Positions 1 to 11,200 are shown, counted from the first letter of the stretch. The stretch: DNA of 32,000 nt from Edaphobacter aggregans (GCF_003945235.1 NZ_RSDW01000001.1:5520001-5552000), one strand, 5' to 3'. Numbers and translations are program-made. The notes: generated by a model not told the origin, from the sequence alone.

Positions 1-1835
1 GTGGGATTGGAACAGTTGGACTGCATGGTGCAGCTGCTGGTGTAGTCGGAAATATAGGTGAAATCACCATTTTTGTTGGCATCTGAGTTTGTAAGCGAGG
101 CCTGCAACCGACGAAAGTCTCCCCCAAAGGTAAAAGTATGCGACCCCCACACCTTGGTGAGATTGTCAGTGAGCTGGTAGGAGTTGCTGATGCGGTGGGA
201 GTTGGTCCATCCCTGCGAGCCAGTCTGGACGATGTTGCCGATGGAGAAGTTGCCGAAACCCGTAGCTCCAAAGGCGGCATCATTGCCGTTAGGGATCCCG
301 ACTGCGGTGTTCTCGTTGGTTCCGTAGTCATTGCCGAAGTCAAGGGTATAGAAGCGGTTGAAGCCGAGCCGGAGCTCGTTGACCATGCTGGCCGAGAAAG
401 TGTGGGTGTAGCCGATGGCAGCATTGTGGTCGCGCGTGGTTGCATTCACGTCACCGATCTGTACGAAAATTGTTCCGGGTGACGCCGCCGTCAGATCGCG
501 GCGCTGGTAGGATTCGCGGACGAAGATACGATCACTTGGACCGAACTGGTAATCCCCCTTCACGTCGAATTGGTGGTTGTTGTCCGGCTCAACGGTGTTG
601 GCGTTGTAATTGTTGCTGATTGCGTTTTGGTTGGTCGCCGTCGGCCAGATCGTGGTGCCATTGACCATGTTGGCGGACACCGTGTCGAACCGCGACTGCG
701 GAATCAGCCAGGCATCCCCCTGCGGCGTGGTGACAGTGGCGAAGGGAGCTCTGGTTGTTGGGTCATAGATGGCGGCAGGGAACTGGCTCTTGAGGAAGGT
801 CCCCTGTTTCATCAGGTCAGTTGGAACCGTCAGAATGTAGCTGATACCGTTGCGCAGCAGGAGTCCTTGGTAGTCGGCAAAGAAGAATGCCTTGTTGCGA
901 ATGATCGGACCGCCAATCGAGCCGCCGAACTGATTGGCCCGATAGGGTGCCTTTGAGGTGGCCCTCCACTGATATGCGCTTAAGGCATCGTTGCGGAAGA
1001 ACCCATACGCCGAGCCGTGGAATGCGTTGGTACCGGATTTGATAAAGGCGTTTACCTGTGCTCCTCCATAGGTCCCTACGGTGATGTCGGCATTGTTGGT
1101 TGAGATCTTCAGCTCCTGGAGGGCATCAAGCGGCGGAGTGACATTGATAAAGGCATTCAGCAACTCCATATTGTTCACGCCGTCCAGCGTGTAGGTGGTT
1201 CCTCCCCATGGCATTCCGTTGACGCTGGCTGTGATTGAACCTGAGCTTCCAGCTCCAGCAGCCGCCTCGGGCGCGCTGCCAAATCCCGCTGCGACTGATC
1301 CAGGAACGGTTTGAACCAGTTGCGAGAAGATACGTCCGTTTAGCGGAAGGCTTGTGATGTCGTTGGCATTAAGAACCTCGCCCAACGAGGAACTCGTTGT
1401 ATCAACGAGCGGACTCGCTGAAGAGACAGTCACGGTTTCGCTGGTGGAGCCGGCCTTCATGGTCATATCCACGACGGTTGCGTTGTCGACCGTGACCACA
1501 TTGCCGTTGGAGACGATTGTCTGCAGGCCGGGAGCCTCGATCTTTAGCTGGTAGTTGCCTGGACGAAGGGTATCGGCCCTATACTGGCCGTTGCCGTTGG
1601 TCGTCACCTTGGTGATGGCGCCTGTGTCCTGATTCGAGATAGTTACGGCAGCATTGGGGATTACCGCACCCGTTGCGTCCACAAGTGTACCGACAATCCG
1701 TCCGCTGACACCTTGGGCCATCGCAACGCGGATCGCAACGAGCAGACAGATCAACAGGACAGCCTTTGTTGTCTGTATCGACGTGGTCGACCACTTTGGG
1801 AAAGTGGTTTTATTGTCTTGATATGTGTTCCGCAT
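1..1835 (-). CDS. TonB-dependent outer-membrane receptor with CarboxypepD_reg-like N-terminal domain (N-terminal ~611 aa; 3' end lies beyond window start)
   Basis: Open minus-strand frame from ATG 1835-1833 to position 1. It is absent from the ORF track because it has no stop in the window. GGAGGAGG lies 7 nt upstream of the ATG. My translation begins MRNTYQDNKTTFPKWSTTSIQTTKAVLLICLLVAIRVAMAQGVSGRIVGTLVDATGAVIPNAAVTISNQDTGAITKVTTNGNGQYRADTLRPGNYQLKIEAPGLQ. It continues with plug-like LPLNGRIFSQLV and barrel-type FGGSIGGPIIRNKAFFFADYQG, NELRLGFNR and HTFTFGGDFRRLQ. The architecture matches 8216-11515. Confidence 0.9.
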   Translation of the reverse strand, partial: MRNTYQDNKTTFPKWSTTSIQTTKAVLLICLLVAIRVAMAQGVSGRIVGTLVDATGAVIPNAAVTISNQDTGAITKVTTNGNGQYRADTLRPGNYQLKIEAPGLQTIVSNGNVVTVDNATVVDMTMKAGSTSETVTVSSASPLVDTTSSSLGEVLNANDITSLPLNGRIFSQLVQTVPGSVAAGFGSAPEAAAGAGSSGSITASVNGMPWGGTTYTLDGVNNMELLNAFINVTPPLDALQELKISTNNADITVGTYGGAQVNAFIKSGTNAFHGSAYGFFRNDALSAYQWRATSKAPYRANQFGGSIGGPIIRNKAFFFADYQGLLLRNGISYILTVPTDLMKQGTFLKSQFPAAIYDPTTRAPFATVTTPQGDAWLIPQSRFDTVSANMVNGTTIWPTATNQNAISNNYNANTVEPDNNHQFDVKGDYQFGPSDRIFVRESYQRRDLTAASPGTIFVQIGDVNATTRDHNAAIGYTHTFSASMVNELRLGFNRFYTLDFGNDYGTNENTAVGIPNGNDAAFGATGFGNFSIGNIVQTGSQGWTNSHRISNSYQLTDNLTKVWGSHTFTFGGDFRRLQASLTNSDANKNGDFTYISDYTSSCTMQSNCSNP

Positions 1836-2211
1836 AGATCAGCCTCCTCCGGAATGCCTTTCCTGTTGGTCCGCCCCGTGCGACGGCCCCGTTCTTCTCG
1901 AACTACTGCTATACAGGTGGGGCAGCCTTCTGTTTCCGTCAGCGCTCGCAACCCTACTAAGAGAATCAACGGATGCCTAGTTACGGAAGGGATACAAATA
2001 GCTGACACCTATGTGTTTCTCGTTCGATGGAGGCGTGTGTCAGCGACGTTACATCTGCTGTTACATGATGTTTGGGAGGCATTTGGGCTGTATTTGCAGC
2101 AGCCGTTCCTGAAACAGGTACGGCGGGAGGATGGCGCGAACTCAAGTGTGAACCCGGTCCCCGGGGGGACAAAGGCAGGCTTCCCGCTTGATCAGACCGA
2201 AACTTGAGAGC

Positions 2212-3780
2212 TCAGTGGCTTAATGGCGTGGAGTTGTCTTTGACTTGCGAAGCGTTTGAGGGCAGGAGAGGTCGCACCGCGACTAGCTCTGCGCCCAATA
2301 CCTGATAGCCCTTGGCCAATTTGACACGCACTAGTGCTTGAAAGGGAGTGGGATTTTCGTGATTGGTTGAGGCAGGTGCAGCGAGTGCCTTTTCGATCTC
2401 CTCGATTCCGGACACTGAAGTGGCAAACATGGTCGCTCCTTGAGTTCCTTTGGTGTCCAAGCCCCCAAGAAATGCGATGTGCCGTCCCGGCGTTACTCCG
2501 GCGGTGATCGTAACGAGGCTATAGTCAGTCGTCAGCATGCGTGTGGAGACATCTCGCTCAGTGGTATAGATGGCTTTACTTCCAACTGCGGGATGGGTAT
2601 CGATAATCTGACCTCTCCATTGTTCGTGCCGCTCATCGGGGTTCCTGAAAGAGAAATCTCCCACCGTCAGCAGCTGAGCCACCGCGACGTTTTGAAAGGG
2701 TGATCCCAGAAGAATTACATTATGCCTGTCCAGATCGTCAGGAGTGATATCGCGCGATGCTTTGATGATTGGCTTCGCACCGATGCGATTCAGAAGTCCG
2801 GATAACATCGCGATGGATTCCAGCTCTCCTGTTCCAGTGTAGCCATTCTCATAATAGAGGGGGCCAGCCATCCCAACGAGCTTGGAGTTCGATGCAAACT
2901 GGCGCGCGAGATGTGGATCGACGACTGCGCCCCGGTTATCGCTGGCCCCGTGCCGGAAGCGGAAGAGGTCGTTTGAGTCATCAAGTAGGAACACCGCATC
3001 GGGATATCCAATAACCGGCGACACGTCGTTATCGAGAAACTTCCACCAGAACAACTCGGCTGAATCGTGAGGTTTCCGTTCGTTCGAAGGCCAAGCTGAG
3101 GCGGTGGTGAAATCTGATTCCGAAGGCCCGTTGGACCGCAAGCGTCCCAGCCAGTATCCGGCGAGCGCAAATACCGCCAACATGGCTGCAAGGAATATCG
3201 CCTGCGGCCGGGTCCACCGTTTCGCCACACCTTGATTCCTCTCAACAGAACGAGGACTCGCGGTCTGTTGGTGACGGCGCCCATCTCCGTCGGCCAGCAG
3301 AGGATCGGATGCGACAATCTCCGAACCTATTGATTCCGCGCGCGTTTGAGTTGATGAGACCACCTCGAAGGTAGGGAGGTAATGCCCTTTGGGGATCAGG
3401 ATCAGGATAGGATCATGTCTTCCTTCGACCTCGTAGTACTCCTTAAGCTTGACTCTCAAGCGATGGCTTTGCACCCTGACGATAGGATCGATCTTGGGAT
3501 CGAAATCGCTTTTACGGCCAAGCGCTTCCACTCCAATCGTGTATTCCTTAAGGTTTTCCGCGGCTCCTGCGATCGAACGGAAGGCAAGAAAACCTAAGAG
3601 CTGTTGCAGAGTAGTAGCATTACGGAAAGTAGTAGACCGGAGCACCCGACGCACTTGGTCCTCACACTGCTCGACACTAGGAGCGTTTGCTTGGATACTC
3701 GTTGCAGAATCAGTATGTTCCAAGATGGGCCTATCTTTCACAGAGGCGCCATCATAGCAGTCGGAAGAGTCGCCGAACAA
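2212..3780 (-). CDS. Membrane-anchored transcriptional regulator: N-terminal OmpR/CadC-like winged-helix region, one TM helix, large extracytoplasmic domain of unknown function
   Basis: 522-aa ORF with a TTG start at 3780. An alternative GTG at 3654 has GAGGA 4 nt upstream. The stretch LKEYTIGVEALGRKSDFDPKIDPIVRVQSHRLRVKLKEYYEVEGRHDPILILIPKGHYLPTF resembles the recognition helix and wing of trans_reg_C-type domains. The TM segment is AIFLAAMLAVFALAGYWLG. About 300 aa follow with no motif I recognise. The start is 48 nt downstream of the stop of 3829-5301, so the two are likely co-transcribed. Confidence 0.6.
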   Translation of the reverse strand: MFGDSSDCYDGASVKDRPILEHTDSATSIQANAPSVEQCEDQVRRVLRSTTFRNATTLQQLLGFLAFRSIAGAAENLKEYTIGVEALGRKSDFDPKIDPIVRVQSHRLRVKLKEYYEVEGRHDPILILIPKGHYLPTFEVVSSTQTRAESIGSEIVASDPLLADGDGRRHQQTASPRSVERNQGVAKRWTRPQAIFLAAMLAVFALAGYWLGRLRSNGPSESDFTTASAWPSNERKPHDSAELFWWKFLDNDVSPVIGYPDAVFLLDDSNDLFRFRHGASDNRGAVVDPHLARQFASNSKLVGMAGPLYYENGYTGTGELESIAMLSGLLNRIGAKPIIKASRDITPDDLDRHNVILLGSPFQNVAVAQLLTVGDFSFRNPDERHEQWRGQIIDTHPAVGSKAIYTTERDVSTRMLTTDYSLVTITAGVTPGRHIAFLGGLDTKGTQGATMFATSVSGIEEIEKALAAPASTNHENPTPFQALVRVKLAKGYQVLGAELVAVRPLLPSNASQVKDNSTPLSH

Positions 3781-3828
3781 GCGGGCTCCTGATACGCCCT
3801 AAGACCGTCCAGCAGAGCAGATTCGAAG

Positions 3829-5301
3829 CTACTTATCCATACTGCTGACAATGGCTGTAGCCCGAGCGGGAACAGTGACCGCAATCCAGCTCACTGCCAT
3901 TCCGCCTGGCAAGGTGTCATGACTGGCAAGTACTGCCTTGCCATTCACCTTGAGCTGCCGCACGGTTCCCTGGAACACTGCTCGCCAGCGTAAAGCCGGC
4001 CCTGAACGGTTGCTGAGACTGCTGCTCAAGGATCCAGTGTGCTTTATATCGAGCAGGTTTTTTCGGAAAGGGAGCGACAGGAGTGACGCATTATCACCGG
4101 CACTGGGAAGCTGAGCCAATGTTTGAACGTCAAAGGGTTCGCTAAACCGCGACGGCGCAACGCCCATCGTTCCTCCAACAAGAGCCGCGATTACAGCGTA
4201 AGAGACCTCGGGGTATTCGCGGCGCGGTTTTTCCCGTCCGCTCAGATCAAACAGGATATGGTAGGCAGGCCCGGTCCGGCCATAACGGAAGAGCAAGAGC
4301 GGGGTATAACTCTCTTCTTCGATATTGATCTTCTGCCAGTACTTCGGTGAAGAGATATAGTCAAGTGCGCCACGCAGGTGATCAGGATTTTTTGCAGCGC
4401 CAAAATACAGTGTCATGGCGTCTCCGGACTCAAAGCCGCTCTGATCATGTCGAATGACGCCAAGATAGTGCTGTTGACTTTGCGACCATGCGATGCGCTC
4501 AAGCAACTGCTGTATCTGGTCCGCCACCGACTGTGCGGAAACTGCAAGAGCTTTGTCCTGGGGTGTAACTGCAATCTCCTGAAAGGAACGAAGACCACGA
4601 TACTCGGCCGCCAGAAGATCGGCGCCGAAGATGAAGTCCTTCGGGCCCTCCGAATAGCTTGGTATACCTCGCGAATGGACGAATTTCCCGCTCTCCAGGC
4701 GCTGGTTGGCGATACGTGGACGATGAAGAATCTTCTCAGGCTGAAGCTGCCAGCGGGTCACATAGTCGTTGACCGTCCTGCGGAAGAACTCGCGAAACCG
4801 GGGATCGTCGCGATAAGTATCATCGCCAGTCCAGCGCCACATACGGACAATAGCGTCCAGCATATCGAAGTTTGCCGGCAGATTGAACCAGAAGTCGGCA
4901 TCAGAGACGTAGTCCGCAGAGGACGGGCGCCCTTCGCCGTCGATCTCCCAATAACCGGCCCAGTCCCGTTTTTCATCGACGGATGCCGCAAAGCGTCCAA
5001 GCATATTGCGGTTTGCCGCAGCCAGTCCAAGCACAGTTGCGCCCTCTGTCTGGTGAGAGACGTCTCGCATGCAGAAGGCATTGCGGCCTGGCAGAGCAGC
5101 CTCGTACCACGGACCGATGGAGCTCGACGATGGAGCCACGTAAGCAAGTGCCTGGCCACGGGCCCATCGAAATATCTCGTCAAGTGAAGAGCTAGACGAA
5201 TGAAATTCGAGCTGCGTCGGGTGAGATGCCTGCTGTGCTCCTGCTAGAAGACTGACAAACAACGTCGCTACAACTAGTAATTTTGTTAAGGGTCTCGCCA
5301 C
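3829..5301 (-). CDS. Secreted hypothetical protein, possibly (alpha/alpha)6 glycosidase-like
   Basis: 490-aa ORF with a GTG start and AGGA 10 nt upstream. The signal peptide is ARPLTKLLVVATLFVSLLAGAQQ. W/R/D-rich helical segments (AFCMRDVSHQ, DAIVRMWRWTGDDTYRDD) are reminiscent of six-hairpin glycosidases. No catalytic motif is securely recognised. The stop is TAG. Confidence 0.7.
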   Translation of the reverse strand: MARPLTKLLVVATLFVSLLAGAQQASHPTQLEFHSSSSSLDEIFRWARGQALAYVAPSSSSIGPWYEAALPGRNAFCMRDVSHQTEGATVLGLAAANRNMLGRFAASVDEKRDWAGYWEIDGEGRPSSADYVSDADFWFNLPANFDMLDAIVRMWRWTGDDTYRDDPRFREFFRRTVNDYVTRWQLQPEKILHRPRIANQRLESGKFVHSRGIPSYSEGPKDFIFGADLLAAEYRGLRSFQEIAVTPQDKALAVSAQSVADQIQQLLERIAWSQSQQHYLGVIRHDQSGFESGDAMTLYFGAAKNPDHLRGALDYISSPKYWQKINIEEESYTPLLLFRYGRTGPAYHILFDLSGREKPRREYPEVSYAVIAALVGGTMGVAPSRFSEPFDVQTLAQLPSAGDNASLLSLPFRKNLLDIKHTGSLSSSLSNRSGPALRWRAVFQGTVRQLKVNGKAVLASHDTLPGGMAVSWIAVTVPARATAIVSSMDK

Positions 5302-5419
5302 TTAATCTGCGTCCTATTAGAACAAGCGTTGCGGGTCTAATGTAGCATCAAGGTGTATTGAAGCGGTTTATTCATGGGCCCCCGTCTGTTCTTGAAGCAG
5401 CACGTAGGAAAGGCAACCG

Positions 5420-5734
5420 TCAGCAGATATCCTGCTTCTGGAGCAAGCTTGCCGACGTTTTCAACTGCGGCCGAATTCTGGGGATAGACAACCGGCAGTT
5501 TATATAGGTGTGCGTGCCAGCATAGAAGGCTTCGTTTGCTGCTGGACTACTCAGGCGGCCCGTGTCCTCACGCGCGCATTCCTGAATCGTCTTGCCGCAC
5601 GTTGCCTCCAAGGGCGTAGTCACATCGGCGCGTCCCGCCTTGATGGCGGCCTGAAAGTCTTTGATTGTTGAAACGCTCTGCAACGTGCGACCCACGTAGA
5701 TGGCCAGGGTGCATCCGCCCATCACATCCATCAC
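5420..5734 (-). CDS. Small hypothetical ORF (104 aa), possibly a gene fragment
   Basis: This is the only sizeable ORF in the 0.9-kb gap 5302-6217. It has a GTG start, no clear RBS and no recognisable motif (…FYAGTHTYINC…). Whether it is coding is uncertain. Confidence 0.25.
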   Translation of the reverse strand: MMDVMGGCTLAIYVGRTLQSVSTIKDFQAAIKAGRADVTTPLEATCGKTIQECAREDTGRLSSPAANEAFYAGTHTYINCRLSIPRIRPQLKTSASLLQKQDIC

Positions 5735-6035
5735 ATAGTGGGGCCGTTGCTGGCGTAGATTGGAAGTGGAAGGAACGCGTAAGAGGGCAATCTCTGGGAC
5801 TAACGAGTGGGTTCTTCCAGAGCAGGTTTGCAGAACCGGCTTGGTCCAGAATTTGGTCTAGTTGTGCGCCACAGGGACTCCGAATTCTCCTGTGTGCTCC
5901 TCTCTATGCCATTGAAAACGCCAGTTCTTTCAGGTGAATCTGATCAGTGCGCGTGCCGATCTTGGTAGGCCTCTAAGCCGCGTCGATCGTGAAGAACGCT
6001 TTTTTGTCATTGAGAAGCGTGGCATTCCGGAAAGC

Positions 6036-6101
6036 GACTATACAGCATCTTAGGCTTGCCCTCATTGGTGATTGGGTTAGCGATTGATCACCAATTGACG
6101 G
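6036..6101. repeat. Copy A of a dispersed intergenic repeat (partial), containing a 9-bp-stem hairpin
   Basis: Shares cgactat…cttgcc…tcattNgt…atcaccaattgacg with 22285-22354. The exact 14-mer ATCACCAATTGACG occurs at 6087-6100 and 22340-22353. ATTGGTGAT 6064-6072 pairs with ATCACCAAT 6087-6095. The match is weaker than for copies B to D. Confidence 0.35.
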
Positions 6102-6217
6102 CGGGAAAGGGCGGCTGCGAAACGCTAGAATCCGCTTAAGTTCCCTGGGCCCTGATCTCGTTCTTTTCCGATCGAGCCTTGTGTTCAGCGCGTACTCTAG
6201 GTGCGAGCCTGAAACGG

Positions 6218-8211
6218 CTAGCGGCTTTTCGAGCGGACAGGCGTTGTTTCCTCCAAATATTTTATGAAACCAAGTAGAGCGCCCCAGTGATAGAAGCGAT
6301 CGCTATTTGCGACGTCGTCGCCAGAGCCCAGGATTGCATTGTAGTTTTCATGGACGTGGCCATGCTCCTTCCATTCTTTAAGGAACAGCGCATAGGATTT
6401 GTCCGCGAACTGGCTGCGGGCCTGAGGGAGATCGTAGTTTCGCAGGCCAAGATACACCAGGTAGTTCATTGGACCCCAGATGCGGCCTCTCCAGTAGTTC
6501 TGCTCTTTGAAGGCACGGTCATCGCGGGCGATGGAAGGAATCACCCATTCGCCCCAGAACTCGTCGGGGTTCAGCAAGCGCCTGGTGGCCATAGTCTGGG
6601 CCTGTGTTGGTGTGGCGACGTGCGCGAGCATGGGATAGAAGTTTGTCGGCGACAGTCGCGTGTTGAACTTGCCGGTGTGGAGATCTTTGTTCAGAAAGAT
6701 GCCGGCCTCTGCGCTCCACAACGTCTCGAGCTTTGACTTGTATTGAGCACTGCGGGAGCGTAGCTCTTTTGCCTCGTCGGTCTTCTCAAGCGTGTCAGCA
6801 ATATTAGCCAGCGCGTCGCAATCGTCGATGTACAAACTCATGAGGCCTACATCAGCAAACTGCAGCAGGTGCGTTTTGGGGTCGAAGGTTGTGTCGTCAT
6901 ACATAGGGCTGTTGTCCAGCCCCGACTCGAGGATGGCACCAGAGCGTGTGCCACGGGTGTCGTCATTAAGCTTGCCGGGCGGGTTTTCCCCATTGCTGCC
7001 CCACGTGAGATAGCCTTCGATATCTCGGTGCCGGGTCCACCAGCGGTTCCACTTCAATAAGGCCGAAAGGTCTCTTCGAGGAACCAGCGCTCCTTGAACT
7101 TCTGATACATCCCAAATACGGTGATGGCGCCGACTGGCGGTTCCGACCGATCGAAGCTCTTCCAGCCACCTGCGCGCGCATAGTTTGGAACAAATCCTTC
7201 ATCCGTCGACTCACGAAGAGTCTCAATGGCGTCGGCGTAGGCGAGATCGCGATCGCCGATTGAAGCCATGGTTGCTGCGAAGAAGGTATCCCAGTCAAAG
7301 ATGATGTAGCCGCCCCAACCCACGCTCCAGACACGGCTCACAGGAGAGATCACTCTCTGCTTTTCGGGTTCGAAGATCGTATCCCAACCCAGTGTGGTCT
7401 CAATGGCATCGATAATCGGTTGTGTGCCTCCGGAACCTTGTAGCGACAGTTTATACGCCACCAGTTGGCGATCGAGGATCGCTTGTACCTCCTCCACGGT
7501 ATGTCGAGTATTGGTGCTGATTGCAACAGGTGCAGTGAGATCTACCATAAAGTAAGGACCTTCGACAGGCACCGCGGAGCGCCGAATTGCTGGCTGGTTT
7601 CGATCGGACTCGCAGGTGCAATATACATTGACACTGCCGGTAGGATCATTCGCGTCGATGACACCCGGCGCCCTTGCGACCGTCCCAGTCATGTTCCAGA
7701 GATAATTGACGGAGAACACGGCTGTCGGCGGCAACGCTGTGTTGGATTCTGACGACAGCGGTGTGACAAGAATTACAACATCCTGGCCATCGTGCGCACT
7801 CTGCACGCGCCAACTATGACCCTTCCAATTTGCACGCAGGTCAGTGTAGCTGCCATCCCAGGCATGCGGCCCCGGAAAAACCTGCTACATATCGGCGGAA
7901 AGCCGACCGATCAAGGTGTTTTCGAGGTATGAGTCCGAATATTCGGTTGTGTTATGGTTCATCGCGAGCCCCCTGGGTAAAAGCACCTGAGTTGTAACGC
8001 TATTAACGTCCCACGTGTTCCAGCCTTGCCCGAGTCGTCGCTGCACCGCGCTATACTCCGCAGACCGGACCACATTCCCAAAGCCGGGAAGTGCACTGGT
8101 GGGATATCCATGAGGTGACCCCCGACTTGGTATGGCACTCTGCGCCGTGAGCCCCACATGACAGGCCATATAGCAAACGAAAACTCCGGCGATGCGCGCA
8201 GACCTGAGCAT
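6218..8211 (-). pseudogene. GH63-like (MGH1/YgjK-type) glycoside hydrolase disrupted by one in-frame TAG and one frameshift
   Basis: There are three collinear ORF pieces. Piece 1 is 8211-7888 (signal peptide MLRSARIAGVFVCYMACHVGLTAQS) and ends at TAG 7887-7885. The same frame then stays open through 26 sense codons (QVFPGPHAWDGSYTDLRANWKGHSWR) into the 250-aa piece (…FDWDTFFAATMASIGDRD…FLEETFRPY*). The frame changes near 7055-7065 into the 279-aa piece (LLKWNRWW…ESGLDNSPMYD…NYWRGRIWGPMNYLVYLGLRNY…VHENYN). Its ATG is 4 nt after the stop of the upstream receptor gene. Confidence 0.8.
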
Positions 8212-8215
8212 TCAC

Positions 8216-11200
8216 CTAGAACGTAGCACGCAGGTGAATCTGCAAATAGCGTGCAGGTAACTGATTGGTGGAGTGCGCAAACAGCGAGCTCGAGAGATCC
8301 GAATTCACTCCCACAAGGTTTGCGCGATTAAAGAGGTTCGTGACTTCGCCCTTTGCCTCGATCTGCATCTTCTCTCCGAAAAACCACGGTGTTTGGAAGA
8401 GCTTTCCGAAGGTAAAGTTGACGTTGTTATACCCGGGTCCATCGTACGTATTTCGGCCCAGATTTCCCTGCGATCCCGCTGCTGGCACAGGGAATGCAGA
8501 GGCGGGAAAAATTCCGTTCAGGAAAGCTTTTCTTGACTGACCTGGTAGATGTTGGCCGAAGGTTGGCACATTGGGCACATCGAAGTCAGATCCATCTGCG
8601 TTGTAATCACCACCAGTATTGCCGATGACCTGACCAGCGGAGTTGAAGACTGGATTGAATGGCGCGCTCGTGTACACAGTGAACGGAAGCCCTGTCTGCA
8701 ACAGCCACACTCCACCGAATTGCCAGCCTCCGAGGAACGCACGCTCCCATCGTGATCCGTAGGAATTAGGCACCGTCCAGGTCCCATCGGCTGAGAATTG
8801 CTGACGGATATCGAAGTCCGCACGACCTCTCTGTGCTTGATAGTCGCCATTTGTAAAGATTGGGCCGCTGTTCTGGCCCGCATTCGAGAAGGCTGTAACT
8901 GCACCACCATCCAGTGAGCCCGCATTGCTGAGTATGTCGAGCGCTTTACCCCAGGTATAGATGCCGCGAAAGGCAATACCATTGGTAAATCTGCGGGACA
9001 CCATGGCAGTCCCATAGTTGCCAATAGAATTCACGTCGGAAGTCGCGTACTGGATAGTATTGAAGTTAGGATTTAGGCGCGTCAGCTTGCCCCGATTGAC
9101 AACGAGGTCTCCAGCGAAGCGATTGAGGTCTTGATTGTAGATCGGTAGATGCCGCGCAGTCGAAGCGGAATAATTAAGCTCAAAGATGAGGCCATGGATA
9201 AGCTCCTGCTGCACACTCAGGGTCCAGTCGATCACGCTGGTCAACTTATAGTCCGGCGAGTATCCGCCCAGGTTTGCTCTTTGCCCGACGATTCCACCGC
9301 TTGAGTTCAACACGACGTTGCTGGTGTCGACGATTGGACATGTTTGAGTAAATCCTGAGGGTGGACTACAGAGCTGGAAGGTCGGTGTTGTTCCCTGTCG
9401 TACATCTAAGGAAGGCGTATAGATGTTCGGAAGATTTCCGGCAGTGATGTCGGTGATGTGAAGATAAGGTGGTTGATCGGAGAACATACCGACCCCACCC
9501 CGCAGGGCGGTTTTGCCGTTGCCAAATACGTCCCAGGAGAATCCGATCCGCGGCGTGAGCCCCCAGACATTGTGATTCAGGACACGATTGGATGGTGCCA
9601 GTCCGGTGACTCCATTCGCGATCTGTTCGTTGAAACTCGATCCCTGTCCAAGTGTGAAGTTGGTCAGCTGCGGGGAGAGAATCGCGAAGAAGTTCGACAT
9701 CATGTCATAGCGGACGCCGGCATTGAAGGTAAAGGTGGGCGCTATTTTCCAGCTGTCCTGAACAAAGATACCGGTATAGAGTCCACGATAGCGCCGTTCA
9801 TAGGGCGCCTGCTGATGGTTTTGGAGATTAACCGGGGTTGCAGATTCGGTCAGCGGTTGATCCTGAACAAAATCGAGCAAATTATTGAAGTTGTAGGTCG
9901 GACGGCCAAACGCACCGCTCTGCTGATCGTTTTCACGGATATTGAACTGCTCGAAACCGAACTTGAGGGTGTGGGTTTTGATAGATGCAGTCATCATATC
10001 TCTCCACCCGAGCGTCTGCTGGGTGAAGTTTCCAGGCCCCCAGTTGGCGAACCCCTGCAGGCCTGTGACATTAACGTAAGGTATAGCCATTGTGTCGGTT
10101 GGCAGATTTGAGCCAAACGGGCGAATGATGTTCACTCCTGCCTCGTTCAGCAAACGCGGCGAGAAGACGTGAGTCCAATTGACATTTACAAAGTCGGAGC
10201 TGTTGGCCTGCCCGGTATTGAGGGCGGGACGGGGCGTTGCGCTGACAGAAGTATCGTAAGTTCGAATCGCCGTGACATATATCCGGTCCTTGTCGCGCAG
10301 GTAGTAGTCACCGCGGACGCTCCACTGATAACCATCTTTGGATATCGAATAGCTGATGCTGGCAGTCCCGACCGCATTCAGGTTGGCGGGCAGATTCGCC
10401 GGAGGAGCAAAGAAGCCTGGGTTCGATGCTTCTAATTGACTTACAGTCTGAATCCCCGTGGTGGGGAAGGCCAGAGGCGGCGCGGTCGTGAGAATCTGAG
10501 TAGCGATGTTGTTGGGCAGATTTGTCTTGGCCCAGTTCTCAAAATCCTGCGTCTCCACCGTGTACTGGCCGGCGTTGGTTGTGCTCGAGCGGAGCACGTC
10601 GATCGAGCCGAATATAAAGAACTTATTCTTGATGATTGGGCCGCCAAAGGTGGCGCCAACTTCATTACGGGTGAAAATGGGAACGGTGCTCTCGAATTCC
10701 GTCCGAGCCGAAAGCGAATCATTCAGGAAGTAATAGTTGAAGCTGCCGTGGAAGTTGCTGGTGCCCGACTTGGTAAACACGTCCGCGGTCGCTCCGCCGT
10801 TCCTCCCCTTCGTCGCATCGAAGTCATTCGTCCGGATGTCCATCGACTCCACAATTTGGGGATTGGGCGAGATCGAGGTGCTGCCACCCCGGGAAGGTGT
10901 GTTGGTATAGGCTCCATCGATCTGATATCCATTCTGTTCCTGGCGAAGTCCTGCGGCGTTGATATTGATTGCATACTCGTTGGTGTAGTTGTCGCCGGAG
11001 GTCACGGCGTTTCCGGTCATGCCGGGAGTAAGGGCCGCCAAGCCATAGATGTTCTGGCCAGCCAGTGGCGTGTTCTGAAGTGTAATGGAACTAATGACGG
11101 AACCTGTAGTCGGAGCCACGAGGTTAAGGGCGGCCGCACCGGCCGTAACCGTGACGCTCTCGGTTGTCGATCCTACGGACAAAACCGGCGTTAAGGTCCG

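Noticed and set aside
2001-2066. Inverted repeat GCTGACAC…GTGTCAGC (2001-2008 and 2037-2044) and direct repeat GTTACAT-N5-GTTACAT (2048-2066), upstream of the first receptor gene. I considered these as possible binding sites for the adjacent wHTH regulator.
   Set aside because: Repeats of 7-8 nt at these spacings are expected many times by chance in 32 kb. The motif does not recur in the other receptor promoter region (11516-11965).
5665-5937. 90-aa plus-strand ORF in the 5.3-6.2 kb gap.
   Set aside because: It overlaps the antisense 104-aa ORF. Its composition is Arg/Trp/Ser-rich, and it has no RBS or motif.
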